The notes below the pieces were generated by a model. That model was not told the origin of the DNA, did no database searches, and worked only from the letters and a program-made list of their open reading frames with translations. A stretch of DNA of 64,000 nucleotides, taken from positions 192,001 through 256,000 of the forward strand of contig CAWEMM010000002.1 in assembly GCA_963810095.1 (NCBI GenBank), written 5' to 3'. The DNA comes from an uncultured Chloroflexia bacterium (GTDB taxonomy: Bacteria > Chloroflexota > Anaerolineae > CG2-30-64-16). Positions 30,458 to 41,902 of the stretch are shown here, piece after piece; position 1 is the stretch's first letter, and each line of letters opens with the position of its first letter. The position numbers were made by a program, and so were the translations under genes.

Positions 30458-32386
30458 ATGTCACTGCTAGTCGCAACGGGCCTCGCTAAGGCGTTTGGCG
30501 CGCATGATGTATTCACGAGTATCGACCTGCGCATCGAGGCGGGGGACCGGATTGGGTTTGTCGGCGCAAACGGAGCGGGTAAGACCACGGTGCTGCGGAT
30601 CCTGGCGGGGGTCGAGGCGCAGACCGCCGGCGAGGTCGCGCGCAAGCGCGGCCTGACGGTCGGGTATCTCCCTCAGGACCCGCCGCCTCCGCGCGACCTG
30701 ACCCTGCACGCGGCCATGCTGGAGGTGTTTGCACCCGTCCTCGAGCAAGCGGCAGCGCTGCGGGCGATGGAACACCGGCTGGCCGACGCGGCGGCCCGCG
30801 GCGCGGGCAACTACGAGGAACTCCTGGCAGACTACGGCCACGCGCAGACCGATTTCGAGGTCGCGGGCGGCTATGACTACGAAACGCGCATCCGCCAGGT
30901 CCTCGGAGGGCTGGGGTTCAACGAGGACGAGCACGACAAGCAGCTGGCGCATCTGAGCGGCGGCGAGCGCACCCGTGCGCTGTTGGCGCAGCTGCTGCTC
31001 CAGCGGCCCGACCTGCTGCTCCTCGACGAGCCGACGAACCACCTGGACCTGGAAGCGGTCGAATGGCTGGAAGACACGATGCTGCGCTGGCCCGGCGCGC
31101 TGGTCGTCGTTGCCCACGACCGCTACTTCTTGGACAAGGTTGCCAATCGCGTCTGGGACATGAACTTTGGACGGCTCGAAGCGTACCGCGGCAACTACTC
31201 CTCGTTCCATACGCAAAAGGAGATGCGGCTTGACCGGCAGCGCCAGGAGTGGGAGTCGCAGCAGGAGTTCATCGAGAAGACCGAGGAGTTCATTCGGCGC
31301 AACCTGGCCGGCCAGCGCACCAAAGAAGCCCAGGGTCGCCGTACCCGGCTCGAGCGCTTTTTGCGCGACGAGGCGCTCGACCGTCCGTTGGATCAGCAGC
31401 AGGTGCGCCTGGGGCTGACGACGCAAATCCGGTCAGGCGACCTGGTGCTGGCGACCAAGGACTTGGCGGTCGGCTACGACCGGCCGCTGTTCTACGCCGA
31501 GGACGGCGAGATCCGGCGCGGGGACCGAGTCGCCTTGATCGGGCCGAACGGAGCCGGCAAGACTACCTTGCTGAAGACCGTGCTCGGCCAAATTCCACCG
31601 CTGCAGGGCAAAGTGCGTTTCGGCGCCAGCGTCGAGGTGGGTTATTTGGCGCAGGCGCAGGCAGGGCTGGATCCGGACGAAACGGTCCTCGACTCGATCC
31701 TGGACGTGCGCAACCTGCCGCTGGCCCAAGCGCGGAACTTTCTGGGGCAGTTTTTGTTCCGGGGCGATGACGTCTTCCGGACCGTTGGGACGTTGAGCGG
31801 CGGGCAGCGGAGCCGGGTGGCGCTGGCGCGGCTGACCCTGCAAGGCGCCAACTTCCTGCTGCTGGACGAGCCGACAAACCATCTCGACCTGGATACGCAG
31901 GAGATTCTGGAGCAGGTGCTCAAGCAGTTTCCCGGTACGGCCCTGCTCGTCACCCATGACCGCTGGCTCGTGCAGTCGCTGGCCACCCAGGTGTGGCGGG
32001 TCGACGGCGACGAGATGCGCGCATACAAGGGCAATTACGAGGAATACCTGAAGCTGCGCGTGGCCGAAGCGGGCGGGGGGGTCAAGCCTAACGGCGACGA
32101 AGACAAACAGCCCGCCATTGATGCCGACCGGGAGCGGGCCCTGGAGCGCGAGCGCTCGAAAGAAGAGCGCCGCCAGCGCAAGGCGGCCGAGAAGCGTGCC
32201 GAAGCCGCTGCGGCAATGGAGCAGCGGATCCACGAGTTGGAGGCAAAGCTCGGCGGCCTAAGCAACCAGCTCGAGGCCGCGAGCCTCGCGGGCGATGTCA
32301 CGAAGGTCCAGCGATTGGGCGTCGAATACCAGCAGACGGACGCGGAACTGCACCGCGTCATGTCAGAGTGGGCAGAGCTGGCATAA
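30458..32386 (+). CDS. ABC-F family ATP-binding protein
   Basis: Two NBDs (GANGAGKT, LSGGE, LDEPTNHLD twice), linker, C-terminal coiled coil, no TM; TGgTATAAT upstream. Confidence 0.95.
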   Translation: MSLLVATGLAKAFGAHDVFTSIDLRIEAGDRIGFVGANGAGKTTVLRILAGVEAQTAGEVARKRGLTVGYLPQDPPPPRDLTLHAAMLEVFAPVLEQAAALRAMEHRLADAAARGAGNYEELLADYGHAQTDFEVAGGYDYETRIRQVLGGLGFNEDEHDKQLAHLSGGERTRALLAQLLLQRPDLLLLDEPTNHLDLEAVEWLEDTMLRWPGALVVVAHDRYFLDKVANRVWDMNFGRLEAYRGNYSSFHTQKEMRLDRQRQEWESQQEFIEKTEEFIRRNLAGQRTKEAQGRRTRLERFLRDEALDRPLDQQQVRLGLTTQIRSGDLVLATKDLAVGYDRPLFYAEDGEIRRGDRVALIGPNGAGKTTLLKTVLGQIPPLQGKVRFGASVEVGYLAQAQAGLDPDETVLDSILDVRNLPLAQARNFLGQFLFRGDDVFRTVGTLSGGQRSRVALARLTLQGANFLLLDEPTNHLDLDTQEILEQVLKQFPGTALLVTHDRWLVQSLATQVWRVDGDEMRAYKGNYEEYLKLRVAEAGGGVKPNGDEDKQPAIDADRERALERERSKEERRQRKAAEKRAEAAAAMEQRIHELEAKLGGLSNQLEAASLAGDVTKVQRLGVEYQQTDAELHRVMSEWAELA

Positions 32387-33018
32387 TGACCCTGGTGATC
32401 GGTCTTACCGGCGGAATCGGCTGCGGGAAGAGCCACGTACGCGAGACGCTCGTGGCGCTCGGTGCGGAAGGCATCGATGCGGACAAGGTCGCGCACGACG
32501 TCATGGCGCCCGGTGCAGCCGCGTATGCGCCGTTGGTTGCGGCGTTCGGGCCGGAATTCGTGCAGCCCGACGGCGAGATTGACCGGGCGAAGCTGGGAGC
32601 ACTCGTGTTCCGCGATACGGCAGCACTGGCGAAGCTCGAAGCGACCGTCCATCCTGCCGTCTACGAGGCGATCAGGACGCGGGTCGAGCGCAGCACCGCG
32701 CCCGTCGTCGTCATCGAGGCGATCAAGCTGCTCGAGGCCGGGCTCAGCGTCACGCTGTGCGACCGGGTGTGGATCGTGGTCTGCAGCGAAGCGGCGCAGC
32801 TGGAGCGTTTGGCGCGCAGCCGAGGGATGAGCGAGGCAGAAGTGGGCCGTCGGCGCGCGAACCAAATGCCTCCCGAACAGATGGCGCGGGAAGCGGACCT
32901 GGTCATCGACACGAACGGGACGCTGGTCGAGACTGAAGAAAAAGTGCGGCGGGCCTGGCAGCAGTTGGGGCTGCCGCTGCCGTCGAAGGCAGGTGAGAAT
33001 GCGAAAACTGTGGAATAA
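32386..33018 (+). CDS. coaE: Dephospho-CoA kinase
   Basis: IGLTGGIGCGKS, IDADKVAH, IDRAKLG, HPAV. Confidence 0.93.
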   Translation: MTLVIGLTGGIGCGKSHVRETLVALGAEGIDADKVAHDVMAPGAAAYAPLVAAFGPEFVQPDGEIDRAKLGALVFRDTAALAKLEATVHPAVYEAIRTRVERSTAPVVVIEAIKLLEAGLSVTLCDRVWIVVCSEAAQLERLARSRGMSEAEVGRRRANQMPPEQMAREADLVIDTNGTLVETEEKVRRAWQQLGLPLPSKAGENAKTVE

Positions 33019-33286
33019 TCATCCTAATCTCATCTCGTGGGCCGTGCTGGCCATCGGCATGGTCATCATCGTCGTTTTTTCAGCCCGGAACGTGGGCTTT
33101 CAGCCGGCGCAGTGGGCTGCGGTCATCGTCGCAACTGTCCTGCTGGCCGGCTTGTGCGTGTGGATCGTTAGTTGGGAAGACTCGACCGACGAGCAGCAGG
33201 ATGCACCTGCGGTCGACGAGACATCATTGCCTGGTAAGGAGCAAGATTCTGCGCCCCGGCAACCGGCGCGCAGTGGGGATCTATGA
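32999..33286 (+). CDS. Small 2-TM membrane protein
   Basis: Two hydrophobic helices; overlaps the coaE end and dnaJ start; AGGTGA RBS. Confidence 0.7.
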   Translation: MRKLWNNHPNLISWAVLAIGMVIIVVFSARNVGFQPAQWAAVIVATVLLAGLCVWIVSWEDSTDEQQDAPAVDETSLPGKEQDSAPRQPARSGDL

Positions 33287-34431
33287 GCAAGCGCGATTAT
33301 TACGAAGTATTGGGCGTGCCGCGCGATGCGGATGACAGCGCGATCAAGGGCGCTTATCGCCGCTTGGCGCGCCAGTATCATCCCGATGTGAACAAGGCGG
33401 CAGACGCCGAGGAACGCTTCAAGGAGATCAACGAAGCGTACGAGGTGTTGAGCGACGCAGACCGGCGGGCCGCCTACGACCGCTATGGCCATGCGGCGAC
33501 CCAGGGCTTCCCGGGGGCCGGTGGTGGCGGCTTTGGCGGTTCCGGATTCCCCGACCTGAACGACATCTTTGGCGAGTTCTTTGGTGGGTTCGGCGGCTCT
33601 CGTGGGGGCGCGGCGTCGCGCGGCCCCGCCCGCGGCGCTGACCTCCGCTACGACCTGGAGATCACCTTCCAGGAAGCAGTGTTCGGTGCGGAGAAGGAAA
33701 TCGAAATCCAGCGGCAGGAGCCCTGCCCGGTGTGCAACGGCTCGGGCGCAGAGCCGGGTACCAAGCCGGTCCGCTGCCCCCAGTGCAATGGCACCGGTGA
33801 GGTGCGCCGCGCCCAGCAGACCATTCTCGGCCAGTTCGTGAGCGTGACGACGTGCCCGCGCTGTAACGGCGAGCGTGAGATCGTCACGTCGCCTTGCTCG
33901 AATTGCCGGGGCGCCAAGCGGGTGCGCGTGAGCCGGAAGATCATGGTCAACATCCCCGCCGGCGTCGACGACGGGATGCGCGTCCGGCTGACGAACGAAG
34001 GCGAGCCGGGTGAGCGCGGCGGCCCCGCAGGTAGCCTCTTTATCGTCTTGAGTGTTAGGCCGCACGCGCTGTTCCAGCGGCAAGAGAACGACATCGTCCT
34101 CGAATTGCCCGTCAACATCGTGCAGGCCGCGCTCGGCGCCGAGATCGAAGCGCCCACTGTCGACGGGACCGAGAAGATCAACGTCAAGCCGGGCGCCCAA
34201 CACGGCGACGTGATTCGCTTGAAGGGCAAGGGCGTGCCGGTCTTGCACACCAACGGCCGCCGCGGCGACCAGTTGATCGTCGTCAAGGTGGTCGTCCCCG
34301 AGCGGCTGAATGAAAAGCAGAAGAAGCTGCTGATGGAGCTGGGCCAGTCGTTGGGCCTGGAGTCACTGGGGAAGGACAACCGCAACCTGTTTGAGCGGTT
34401 TGTGGACGCGGTCGGGGACGCGTTGGGGTAA
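33283..34431 (+). CDS. dnaJ: Molecular chaperone DnaJ
   Basis: J domain with HPD, G/F region, four CxxCxGxG-type motifs. Confidence 0.97.
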   Translation: MSKRDYYEVLGVPRDADDSAIKGAYRRLARQYHPDVNKAADAEERFKEINEAYEVLSDADRRAAYDRYGHAATQGFPGAGGGGFGGSGFPDLNDIFGEFFGGFGGSRGGAASRGPARGADLRYDLEITFQEAVFGAEKEIEIQRQEPCPVCNGSGAEPGTKPVRCPQCNGTGEVRRAQQTILGQFVSVTTCPRCNGEREIVTSPCSNCRGAKRVRVSRKIMVNIPAGVDDGMRVRLTNEGEPGERGGPAGSLFIVLSVRPHALFQRQENDIVLELPVNIVQAALGAEIEAPTVDGTEKINVKPGAQHGDVIRLKGKGVPVLHTNGRRGDQLIVVKVVVPERLNEKQKKLLMELGQSLGLESLGKDNRNLFERFVDAVGDALG

Positions 34432-34433
34432 GC

Positions 34434-35363
34434 ATGGACTGGATCGAGATCAGCGTTGCCGCGGATGGGGAAGCTGCCGAGGCAGTGAGCGAGCTTTTCA
34501 ACCGCCTCAATTCGCGGCCCGACGGCCAGGGCGGCGCCGTGACCGAGGTGGGCGGCTGGGACCCGGTCGGCGAGGACCATCACATAGCCGTCACGGTCAA
34601 GACTTACCTGGCCGCGGACGAGCCAACCACGGCCGATACGCAGCGCCAGATCGAAGAGGGCCTGTGGTTCCTGGGCCGCGTGTACCCGCTCGGCGAACCG
34701 CAAATCCGGCCGCTCAAGGAAGAGGACTGGGCCAATTCCTGGAAAGCCGGCTATAAGCCGCTGCAGGTGGGCCGGTTCCTGATCATTCCTTCGTGGGAGC
34801 GCGAGGATGTCGTCCCGCCCCCGGGCGTCCTGCCGCTTATTCTCGACCCCGGCATGGCCTTCGGCACCGGGCTGCATCCAAGCACGCAGTTGTGCCTGCT
34901 CGGCATGGATGGGGTTGTGGGCCCCGGCACGCGAGTGCTGGATGCCGGGTGCGGCTCGGGTATCCTGAGCATCGCGGCCGCGCGCCTGGGCGCGACGGAG
35001 ATCGACGGCTTCGACATCGACCCCATCGCCGTGCGCGCCACTGGCGAGAACGCCGCCCTTAACGATCTTCCCGGCCCCATCAACGTGGTCACCAGCAGCG
35101 GGCCGGACGAAGCTGCGTTCTGGTACGCCCCGGACGGTGCGGCGCGCACCTGGGACGTCCTGCTCGTGAACATCCTGCCCCACGTCATCACCGCGCTCCT
35201 GGATCAAGGGCTGGCGCAGCACATGGCGCCGGGCGGCAAGATGATCCTGGCCGGGATCATCGAGGAGCGCGAGCCCGACCTCCGCGCCTACCTGGCCGGT
35301 AAGGGCCTGCGTGTGGCACGGCGCCTGGTCCAGGGCGACTGGGTCTCCCTCACTGTCGCATGA
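34434..35363 (+). CDS. prmA: Ribosomal protein L11 methyltransferase
   Basis: EEDWANSWK, LDPGMAFGTGLHPST, LDAGCGSGILS; synteny with dnaJ. Confidence 0.95.
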   Translation: MDWIEISVAADGEAAEAVSELFNRLNSRPDGQGGAVTEVGGWDPVGEDHHIAVTVKTYLAADEPTTADTQRQIEEGLWFLGRVYPLGEPQIRPLKEEDWANSWKAGYKPLQVGRFLIIPSWEREDVVPPPGVLPLILDPGMAFGTGLHPSTQLCLLGMDGVVGPGTRVLDAGCGSGILSIAAARLGATEIDGFDIDPIAVRATGENAALNDLPGPINVVTSSGPDEAAFWYAPDGAARTWDVLLVNILPHVITALLDQGLAQHMAPGGKMILAGIIEEREPDLRAYLAGKGLRVARRLVQGDWVSLTVA

Positions 35364-36136
35364 AGGCGGCCTACCCGATCCTGGAGTTTGATCCCTCGCC
35401 ACGTGCGGTCATCGAGCCGCACTGCCCCCTGCCGGTTGCTCCGCCGCCATTCGCTTGCGTCCTCTGCTTTTTCGGCGAGGTGATTCGCAAGCTGAACCGC
35501 CAGAAACGGCTGCGCCGCCTGATGACGCTGCGGAGCGAAATGGGCCCGCACCACCTGTATGAGATGGAGGTCGGCCGGCAGCGGCTGGGCCTGTTTCATG
35601 CCGCCGTCGGCGCGCCGTTGGCGGCCGGGCTCCTCGACGAAGTGATCGCTTACGGGTGTCGGGCGTTCATAGCGTGCGGCAGTGCGGGCGTGCTCGACCG
35701 CGAGATCGCCGTCGGGCACGTCGTCGTTCCCACCAGTGCAGTGCGCGATGAGGGCACCTCGTACCATTATGCACCACCGGGCCGGGAGATCGAGCCGAGC
35801 CCTGACGCGGTGGCGGCCATCGAACGGACTTTGCTCGACCGGGATGTGCCCTACATCCTGGCGAAGACCTGGACGACCGATGCGTTCTACCGCGAGACGC
35901 CCGCGAAGGTGGCGCTGCGCCGCGCCGAGGGCTGCCTGACGGTCGAAATGGAAGCCGCCGCGTTCTTTGCCGTCGCGCGGTTTCGCAACGTGACTTTCGG
36001 GCAGATGCTTTACGGGGGCGACGACGTGAGCGGCGAGGAGTGGGATACGCGCAGCTGGCATTCGCGGACCAGTGCGCGGGAGGCGCTGTTCTGGCTGGCG
36101 GTTGAGGCGGCGCAGCGCCTGGACCACGAGGGCTGA
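35360..36136 (+). CDS. Nucleoside phosphorylase (PNP_UDP family)
   Basis: RDEGTSYHY, WTTDAFYRET, VEMEAAA. Confidence 0.9.
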   Translation: MKAAYPILEFDPSPRAVIEPHCPLPVAPPPFACVLCFFGEVIRKLNRQKRLRRLMTLRSEMGPHHLYEMEVGRQRLGLFHAAVGAPLAAGLLDEVIAYGCRAFIACGSAGVLDREIAVGHVVVPTSAVRDEGTSYHYAPPGREIEPSPDAVAAIERTLLDRDVPYILAKTWTTDAFYRETPAKVALRRAEGCLTVEMEAAAFFAVARFRNVTFGQMLYGGDDVSGEEWDTRSWHSRTSAREALFWLAVEAAQRLDHEG

Positions 36137-36137
36137 G

Positions 36138-36882
36138 ATGCATCGCTTCTTTATCGCGCCCCACCTTCTGGCGCGCGAACCTGTGGTGCTCACGGGCGAG
36201 GTGGCCCACCAGATGCGGCGAGTGCTGCGGTTGGCGCCCGGCGACTGCGTCCTGCTGCTCGACGGCGAGGGCCTGAGCTGTGAGGCCGAAGTGCTGGCAA
36301 TCACAGGCAAGGACGTCCGGCTGACGGTCAGGAGCCGCGCCCTGGCTGGGGGCGAGCCGCGCGGTGCACATCACGCTGTACCAGGCGGTGCTGAAGGGCG
36401 AGCGTTTTGCGTGGGCGCTGCAGAAGGGCACGGAGGTCGGCGTTGCGGCATTCGTGCCGCTCATCACGGAGCGCAGCATTATCGACGACCTGCACGTCGT
36501 CGAGGCGAAGGCCGAGCGCTGGCAGCGCATCATCCAGGAGGCTGCCGAGCAGTGCGGCCGGGGCAAGGTGCCGCAGCTCTATCCGGGCCAGATGCTGCGC
36601 CAGGCCCTCAAGACGCCGGGTTGGCCGGGCGCGCGGCGGATCATCCCTTGGGAAGGGGAGCACGGCGTCGCCCTATCTGAGGCGCTGGCCGAGTGTAACC
36701 TTAACGAGGGCGCGCGCATCGAAGTGTTTGTAGGCCCCGAAGGGGGCTTCACCGCAGCGGAGATCGATTGGGCGCGGGGGCACGATGTGCTGCCTGTGAC
36801 GCTCGGGTCGCGCATTCTCCGCGCCGAAACCGCCGGGCTCGTCGCCGCGGTGGGGATCATGTATCAAGCGGGCGAGTTTTGA
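36138..36882 (+). CDS. rsmE: 16S rRNA m3U1498 methyltransferase, frameshift near 36363
   Basis: MHRFF, HQMRRVLRL, QKGTEVGV, EAAEQCGR, VGPEGGF, LGSRILRAETA split over two frames. Confidence 0.92.
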
Positions 36883-36884
36883 GA

Positions 36885-36921
36885 AGCCTCCGGGGTTTTG
36901 AAACCCAGGGGCTTGCTTTTT
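36885..36921. repeat. REP-like hairpin after rsmE
   Basis: AAGCCTCCGGGGTTTTGAAACCCAGGGGCTT-GCTTTT. Confidence 0.5.
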
Positions 36922-36936
36922 GGAGGACACCTCGAC

Positions 36937-38010
36937 ATGCAGGACGGACTGAACTTTAATCTGAACATGGGCGGCGCGGCCGGCGAGCGGCAGTTTGAAG
37001 AACTGGCAGCGCCAGAGCTGGATCAGGCGCCCCGGCCCGAGATTGAGAACGTGATCATCGTGGGCAGCGGGCCGGCCGGCTGGTCGGCCGCCATCTACAC
37101 TGCCCGCGCCAACCTGCGACCCCTGCTGATCACGGGGAACGAGTTGGGCGGTCAGATCGCGCTGACAACCGAGGTGGAGAACTTCCCCGGCTTTGAGCAG
37201 ATCCAGGGCCCGGAACTGGTCGAGCGGATGCAGAAGCAGGCCGAGCGTTTCGGCACGGAAGTGCTGATCGACTACGTGACGGAAATCGACGTCGACGGGC
37301 CGCCCTTCACGGTGCGCACGGCGTCCGGCCGCGAGTTCAAGACCAAGGGGATTATCGCTGCGACGGGCGCGGCGCCCCGGCGCATGGGCGTGCCCGGCGA
37401 AGACGAACTCATCGGCCGCGGCGTCAGCTACTGCGCCACCTGCGACGGCTTCTTCTTCCGCAACAAGGACGTGGTCGTCGTCGGCGGCGGCGACAGCGCG
37501 CTGCAGGAAGGGCTGTTCCTGACCAAGTTTGCCTCGCGCGTGCGCATCATCCATCGCCGGGATCAACTGCGGGCCGGCGCGGTGCTGCAGCGCCGGGCAA
37601 AGGAAAACCCGAAGATCGAGTTTGTCTGGAATACCGTCGTCGAGAAGGTCAGTGGCGCGGAGAAGGTGAACGGTCTCGCGCTGCGCAACCTCGTGACCGG
37701 CGAGGTCAGTGAGACCAAGACCGATGGCGTCTTCGTGTATATCGGCCACCTGCCGAACAACTCGCTGTTTGCGGATAAGCTGGCGATGGACGACGAAGGC
37801 TACCTGGTCACCGACAAGCTCATGCGGACGAGCGTACCGGGCATTTTCGCGGCCGGCGAGATCCAGGACCATCGTTTCAAGCAGGCGGCGACCTCCGCCG
37901 GTCAGGGCGTGTCGGCGGCGATGGAGGTCGAAAAGTACCTGGCCGACCTGGAAGACCGCACGTATCCGGGGCGGGAAGAGACCTATAAGGAAGTCGAGCT
38001 CGCAGCGTAG
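36937..38010 (+). CDS. trxB: Thioredoxin reductase
   Basis: GSGPAG, GGQ, VENFPGF, CATCDG, GGGDSA, HRRD; GGAGG RBS. Confidence 0.96.
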   Translation: MQDGLNFNLNMGGAAGERQFEELAAPELDQAPRPEIENVIIVGSGPAGWSAAIYTARANLRPLLITGNELGGQIALTTEVENFPGFEQIQGPELVERMQKQAERFGTEVLIDYVTEIDVDGPPFTVRTASGREFKTKGIIAATGAAPRRMGVPGEDELIGRGVSYCATCDGFFFRNKDVVVVGGGDSALQEGLFLTKFASRVRIIHRRDQLRAGAVLQRRAKENPKIEFVWNTVVEKVSGAEKVNGLALRNLVTGEVSETKTDGVFVYIGHLPNNSLFADKLAMDDEGYLVTDKLMRTSVPGIFAAGEIQDHRFKQAATSAGQGVSAAMEVEKYLADLEDRTYPGREETYKEVELAA

Positions 38011-38018
38011 GGCGAGAT

Positions 38019-38095
38019 CACACCACAAAGACACAAAGACACAAAGACACAAGGCTCGATTGCGCTCCTTCGTGTCTTTGTGTCTTTGTGTTTTA
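38019..38095. repeat. CACAAAGA-type periodic hairpin repeat (best conserved copy)
   Basis: (CACAAAGA)x3-CACAAGG...CCTTCGTGTCTTTGTGTCTTTGTG. Confidence 0.9.
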
Positions 38096-38104
38096 ATACC
38101 CTGC

Positions 38105-38882
38105 ATGAACGAACTCATTCCATTGCTCCAGGCATACCTGCGGAAATCGGCCGGGCACACCCGCACGGTCGTCGCGCATCCGCCCTTCCATCTGTACATC
38201 CATCCAACCGACCGGTTCCGGTTCTTCAACTACGCGATTCCGGATTTGCCGGTCGAGGCGCTGAGCAGGTCCGAGCTCGAAGGCCTGGCCGCGGCGTTCG
38301 CCTCCCACAACCGCTCGCTGCGCTTCGAGTTTCTGCACGAATACGCGCCCCGGCTGGGCGGCCTGCTCGACGCGCTCGGCGTGCCGCAGGAGGGTGAGAA
38401 CCCGCTGCTGGTGGCCACGCCCGAGACCTTCAAGGAGGTGGCTCACCCCGACGGCCTGGTGATACGCCGCCTCACGCCCGGCTCGCCCGATGCAGAACTG
38501 GCCGCGCAAATCGATGTGGCGAGCCGGGGGTTCGGCGACGAAGGACGCGACGCGACGCCCGAGCGCATCGCGGACCTGCGGCGCCGGTTGGGGCTGGGGG
38601 GCGCGTACTTTGGGGCCTGGTTGGGCGCGCAGGCCGGCCGGCGTCGGCGCCTACACCGTGCCGCTGGATGGCTTCACCGAGTTGGTGGGGATTGCCACGC
38701 TGCCGGAATACCGCCGGCGGGGGATTGCGGGCGCCGTGACCGCGGAAATGACGCGGGCCGCGTTTGAGGAAGGCGTGCGGACCGCGTTTCTGACGGCCGA
38801 GGACGACGCTGCTAGCCGGGTGTACCAGCGAGCCGGGTTCTACAGGATCGGGACGGGCCTGGCGTACGGGGTCGAGGAATAG
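38105..38882 (+). CDS. GNAT family acetyltransferase, frameshift near 38632
   Basis: C-terminal IATLPEYRRRGIAG and YQRAGF motifs; N-terminal part in ORF 37709-38767. Confidence 0.8.
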
Positions 38883-38885
38883 AAG

Positions 38886-38962
38886 GCAGATTCGACTGAT
38901 TGAACTGATCTTGGTGATCTTGCGGGAAGACCAGGGTGATCAGTTCAATCAGTTCGATCAGC
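38886..38962. repeat. ACTGAT/ATCAGT periodic hairpin repeat between convergent genes
   Basis: GCAGATTCGACTGATTGAACTGATC...GATCAGTTCAATCAGTTCGATCAGC. Confidence 0.75.
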
Positions 38963-38968
38963 GGGCCG

Positions 38969-40192
38969 TTAGCGCGCCTGTCTGCGCGTCGTCACGTCGA
39001 AGATCACGGCGAGCGCAAGCACGAGGCCGCGCACGATGTACTGCCACGAGATGTCGACGCCCATCAGGTTCATGCCGCTGGTCAGTGACATGTAAACCAG
39101 CGCGCCGATGAGCGAACCGATAATCGTCCCGATGCCGCCGGCCGGCGAAGCGCCGCCGATAAACGCGGCCGCGATGGCGTCAAGCTCGAACAGGTTGCCT
39201 GCTTGCGGTGTCGCCGAGCGCAGCCGGGACGCGAAGAGCATGCCGGCCAGCGCCGTCAGGAAGCCCATCGACATGAAGACGAAGAAGGTAATGCGCTTAA
39301 CGTTGACGCCGCTAAGCGCCGCGGCCTCGGGGTTGCCGCCCAAGGCGTAGATGTGCCGGCCGAGGACCGTCTTCGTGGTCATGAAATGGTACACGCCGAC
39401 CACGATCAGCATGATCACGACGGTCCATGAGAGGCCGTTATACCCCGCCAGGATCCAGGTAATCACGCCAAACAACAGCGACAGCAACACCAGCTTCAGA
39501 ATGAACAGGTTGGTCGACAGCACCTCGAAGCCATACGAGATCTTCGTCCGGCGGCTGCTAATCTGGCTGAAGATGAATAACACGATCGCGAGGAGCCCCA
39601 GCAACAGTGTCAAGATGTGCATGCTGGGCAGGAACGCTCTATCCTTGCCCAGAATATCCGGAATGTAGCTATTGCCCAGATCGTTGAAGAACTTGTTGTT
39701 GATGATCACCGTGCCGGTGCCCGCCAGGACGAGCAGGAGCACGCCGCGGTAGGCGAGCCAGCCGGCCAGGGTCGCGACGAAGGCAGGGATGCCGACCTTC
39801 GCCACCAGGAAGCCGGTGAGTGAGCCTGCGGCAATACCCACAAGGAACGTGATCGGCAGGACCACCCACGGCGACAGGCCATACGTGGTGAGGCCAATGG
39901 CGGCAATCGCGCCGCACAGGCCGGCCAGGAAGCCAACGGACAGGTCGATGTGCCGGATGATGATGACGAGCGTCATGCCGCAGGCCAGAACGGCGATGTA
40001 GCCGGTCTGATTCAGCAGGTTGCTGATATTGCGCGGGGTCAGGAAGAGGCCCTTCGTCGTGATCTGGAAGACGATCATGATGACGGCCAGGGCGATATAC
40101 ATGCCGTAGTCGCGGGCATTCTGTCGCATCATCTTGCCGAACGTCGTGGTCGAGGCTGGCGCTGCACCAGCCGGAGTAGAGGTAGCAGACAC
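38969..40192 (-). CDS. Monosaccharide ABC transporter permease (GguB/MmsB-like)
   Basis: HIDLSVG, GIPAFVATLAG, GRHIYALGGNPEAAALSG, ELDAIAAAFIGG. Confidence 0.93.
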   Translation of the reverse strand: MSATSTPAGAAPASTTTFGKMMRQNARDYGMYIALAVIMIVFQITTKGLFLTPRNISNLLNQTGYIAVLACGMTLVIIIRHIDLSVGFLAGLCGAIAAIGLTTYGLSPWVVLPITFLVGIAAGSLTGFLVAKVGIPAFVATLAGWLAYRGVLLLVLAGTGTVIINNKFFNDLGNSYIPDILGKDRAFLPSMHILTLLLGLLAIVLFIFSQISSRRTKISYGFEVLSTNLFILKLVLLSLLFGVITWILAGYNGLSWTVVIMLIVVGVYHFMTTKTVLGRHIYALGGNPEAAALSGVNVKRITFFVFMSMGFLTALAGMLFASRLRSATPQAGNLFELDAIAAAFIGGASPAGGIGTIIGSLIGALVYMSLTSGMNLMGVDISWQYIVRGLVLALAVIFDVTTRRQAR

Positions 40193-40203
40193 TGTGGGCC
40201 TCC

Positions 40204-41745
40204 TTAGTAGGTCGTTGCCAGAGCCATGATGTTTTCCTGCGTTGCCTGCTCGATGGGCAGTTCCCCTGCAATACGCCCCGCGGAGACAACGTAGACGCGA
40301 TCGCTCATGCCCAGCACCTCGGGCAACTCGGACGAGATCATGATGATGCTCATGCCCTGTTGAACCAGCCCGGCCATGATGGTGTAGATTTCGAACTTAG
40401 CGCCGACGTCGATGCCGCGGGTGGGTTCGTCAAGGATCAGCACGTCGGGGCCCACGAACAACCACTTCGCCACCGAGACCTTCTGCTGGTTGCCGCCGCT
40501 GAGGTTCACCACTTTTTGCTCGATACTCGGCGTCTTGATGTTGAGCGATTTCCGGTACTCCTCGGCGATCTTGATTTCTGCGTTGTTGTTCACGACCGCA
40601 TTGCTCGCGATCTTGCGCAGGTTTGCTAACGTGATGTTCTGCTTGACGTCCTGGATGAGGATTAGCCCGGCCGCTTTCCGGTCTTCGGTCGCATAAGCGA
40701 TGCCGGAACGAATGGCCGACTCGGGCAGGTTGAACTGCACCTTCTTCCCCTTGACGTACACGTCGCCGTGGATTTTGTACCCCTTCGAGTTGCCGAACAG
40801 GCTCAGCGCCAGCTCGGTGCGCCCCGACCCCATCAGCCCGGCAAAGCCGACAATCTCCCCCTTCTTGACGTTAAAGTTGACGTCTTGCAGGATCGTGCGG
40901 CCCAGTGCCGGATCGTAGGCGCCCCAGTTCTTCACCTCCAAGACCACTTCGTCGGTCACGACACGCTCGCGCGGCGGGTAGATGTTGGTGATCTCGCGCC
41001 CCACCATGTTTTTGATTAAGGCTGTCTCGGTGACCTGGCCCTTGGTTGCGTCAAGGGTGACGATGGTCTGTCCATCGCGCAATACGGTCACCTTGTCCGC
41101 GATGGCGATGACTTCGCGCAGCTTGTGGGAGATCAGGACGGAGGTTACCCCGTGTTCTTTGAGCTCGCGGATGAGCTGGAGCAGGTTCTCGCTGTCGTCT
41201 TCGTTCAGGGCCGCGGTCGGCTCGTCCAGGATCAGCAGCTTAACATCCTTGCTCAGCGCCTTGGCGATTTCCACGAGCTGCTGTTTGCCAACGCCCAGGT
41301 TCTTGACCTGCGTCGCGGGGTTGACGTTCAGCTTCACTTTGTGCAGGGCATCTACGGACCGCTTGATCGTCTCGTTCCAGTCGATCGTGATGCCCTTCTT
41401 GATCTCGTTGCCGAGGAAGATGTTCTCGTAGACGGTCAGCTCGGGAACCAGGGCCAACTCCTGGTAGATGATGGCGATGCCGGCCCGCTCGCTATCGCGA
41501 ATGCTCGCGAATTTTTGCTCCTGGCCGCTAAAAATGATTTCGCCGGAGTAGGAACCGTGTGGATAAACGCCGCTCAGCACCTTCATGAGCGTCGACTTGC
41601 CCGCGCCGTTCTCGCCGACCAGGCAATGGATCTCCCCCTGTTCCACCTGGAAGCTCACGTTGCTCAGAGCTTTCACGCCGGGGAAGGTCTTGGTGATGTT
41701 TTTCATCTCTAGGATGGGAGCCATCTTGAGGATGGGTTCGCTCAT
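40204..41745 (-). CDS. Monosaccharide ABC transporter ATP-binding protein (GguA/MmsA-like)
   Basis: Two-domain CUT2 ATPase: [27 protein letters not shown]. Confidence 0.95.
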   Translation of the reverse strand: MSEPILKMAPILEMKNITKTFPGVKALSNVSFQVEQGEIHCLVGENGAGKSTLMKVLSGVYPHGSYSGEIIFSGQEQKFASIRDSERAGIAIIYQELALVPELTVYENIFLGNEIKKGITIDWNETIKRSVDALHKVKLNVNPATQVKNLGVGKQQLVEIAKALSKDVKLLILDEPTAALNEDDSENLLQLIRELKEHGVTSVLISHKLREVIAIADKVTVLRDGQTIVTLDATKGQVTETALIKNMVGREITNIYPPRERVVTDEVVLEVKNWGAYDPALGRTILQDVNFNVKKGEIVGFAGLMGSGRTELALSLFGNSKGYKIHGDVYVKGKKVQFNLPESAIRSGIAYATEDRKAAGLILIQDVKQNITLANLRKIASNAVVNNNAEIKIAEEYRKSLNIKTPSIEQKVVNLSGGNQQKVSVAKWLFVGPDVLILDEPTRGIDVGAKFEIYTIMAGLVQQGMSIIMISSELPEVLGMSDRVYVVSAGRIAGELPIEQATQENIMALATTY

Positions 41746-41783
41746 AGCCCTCTGCCTCCACTCAACGAACGGAGCGCCCTAGT

Positions 41784-41886
41784 GCAGACCCCGCGAAGCA
41801 CCGAGAGATGGTGCTTCGCGTGGGCCTGCCGTTGCAAGGGCTGCAGGAGTAGCTTGTTCTCGCAGGGCGGTTGGGCTACTCCTGCA
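41784..41886 (-). other. Two strong intercistronic hairpins after the binding-protein gene
   Basis: Stems CGCGAAGCACC/GGTGCTTCGCG and TGCAGGAGTAGC/GCTACTCCTGCA; likely mRNA-stabilising or partial terminators. Confidence 0.55.
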
Positions 41887-41902
41887 TGTCAGCTATACGC
41901 TC

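Noticed and set aside
32386-33283. CIRCE element or dnaK operon upstream of dnaJ
   Set aside because: No TTAGCACTC-N9-GAGTGCTAA seen, and hrcA, grpE and dnaK are absent from the window.
36340-36380. Programmed frameshifting in rsmE and other split genes
   Set aside because: No slippery heptamer or stimulatory structure, and these families are not known to be recoded; error is more parsimonious.
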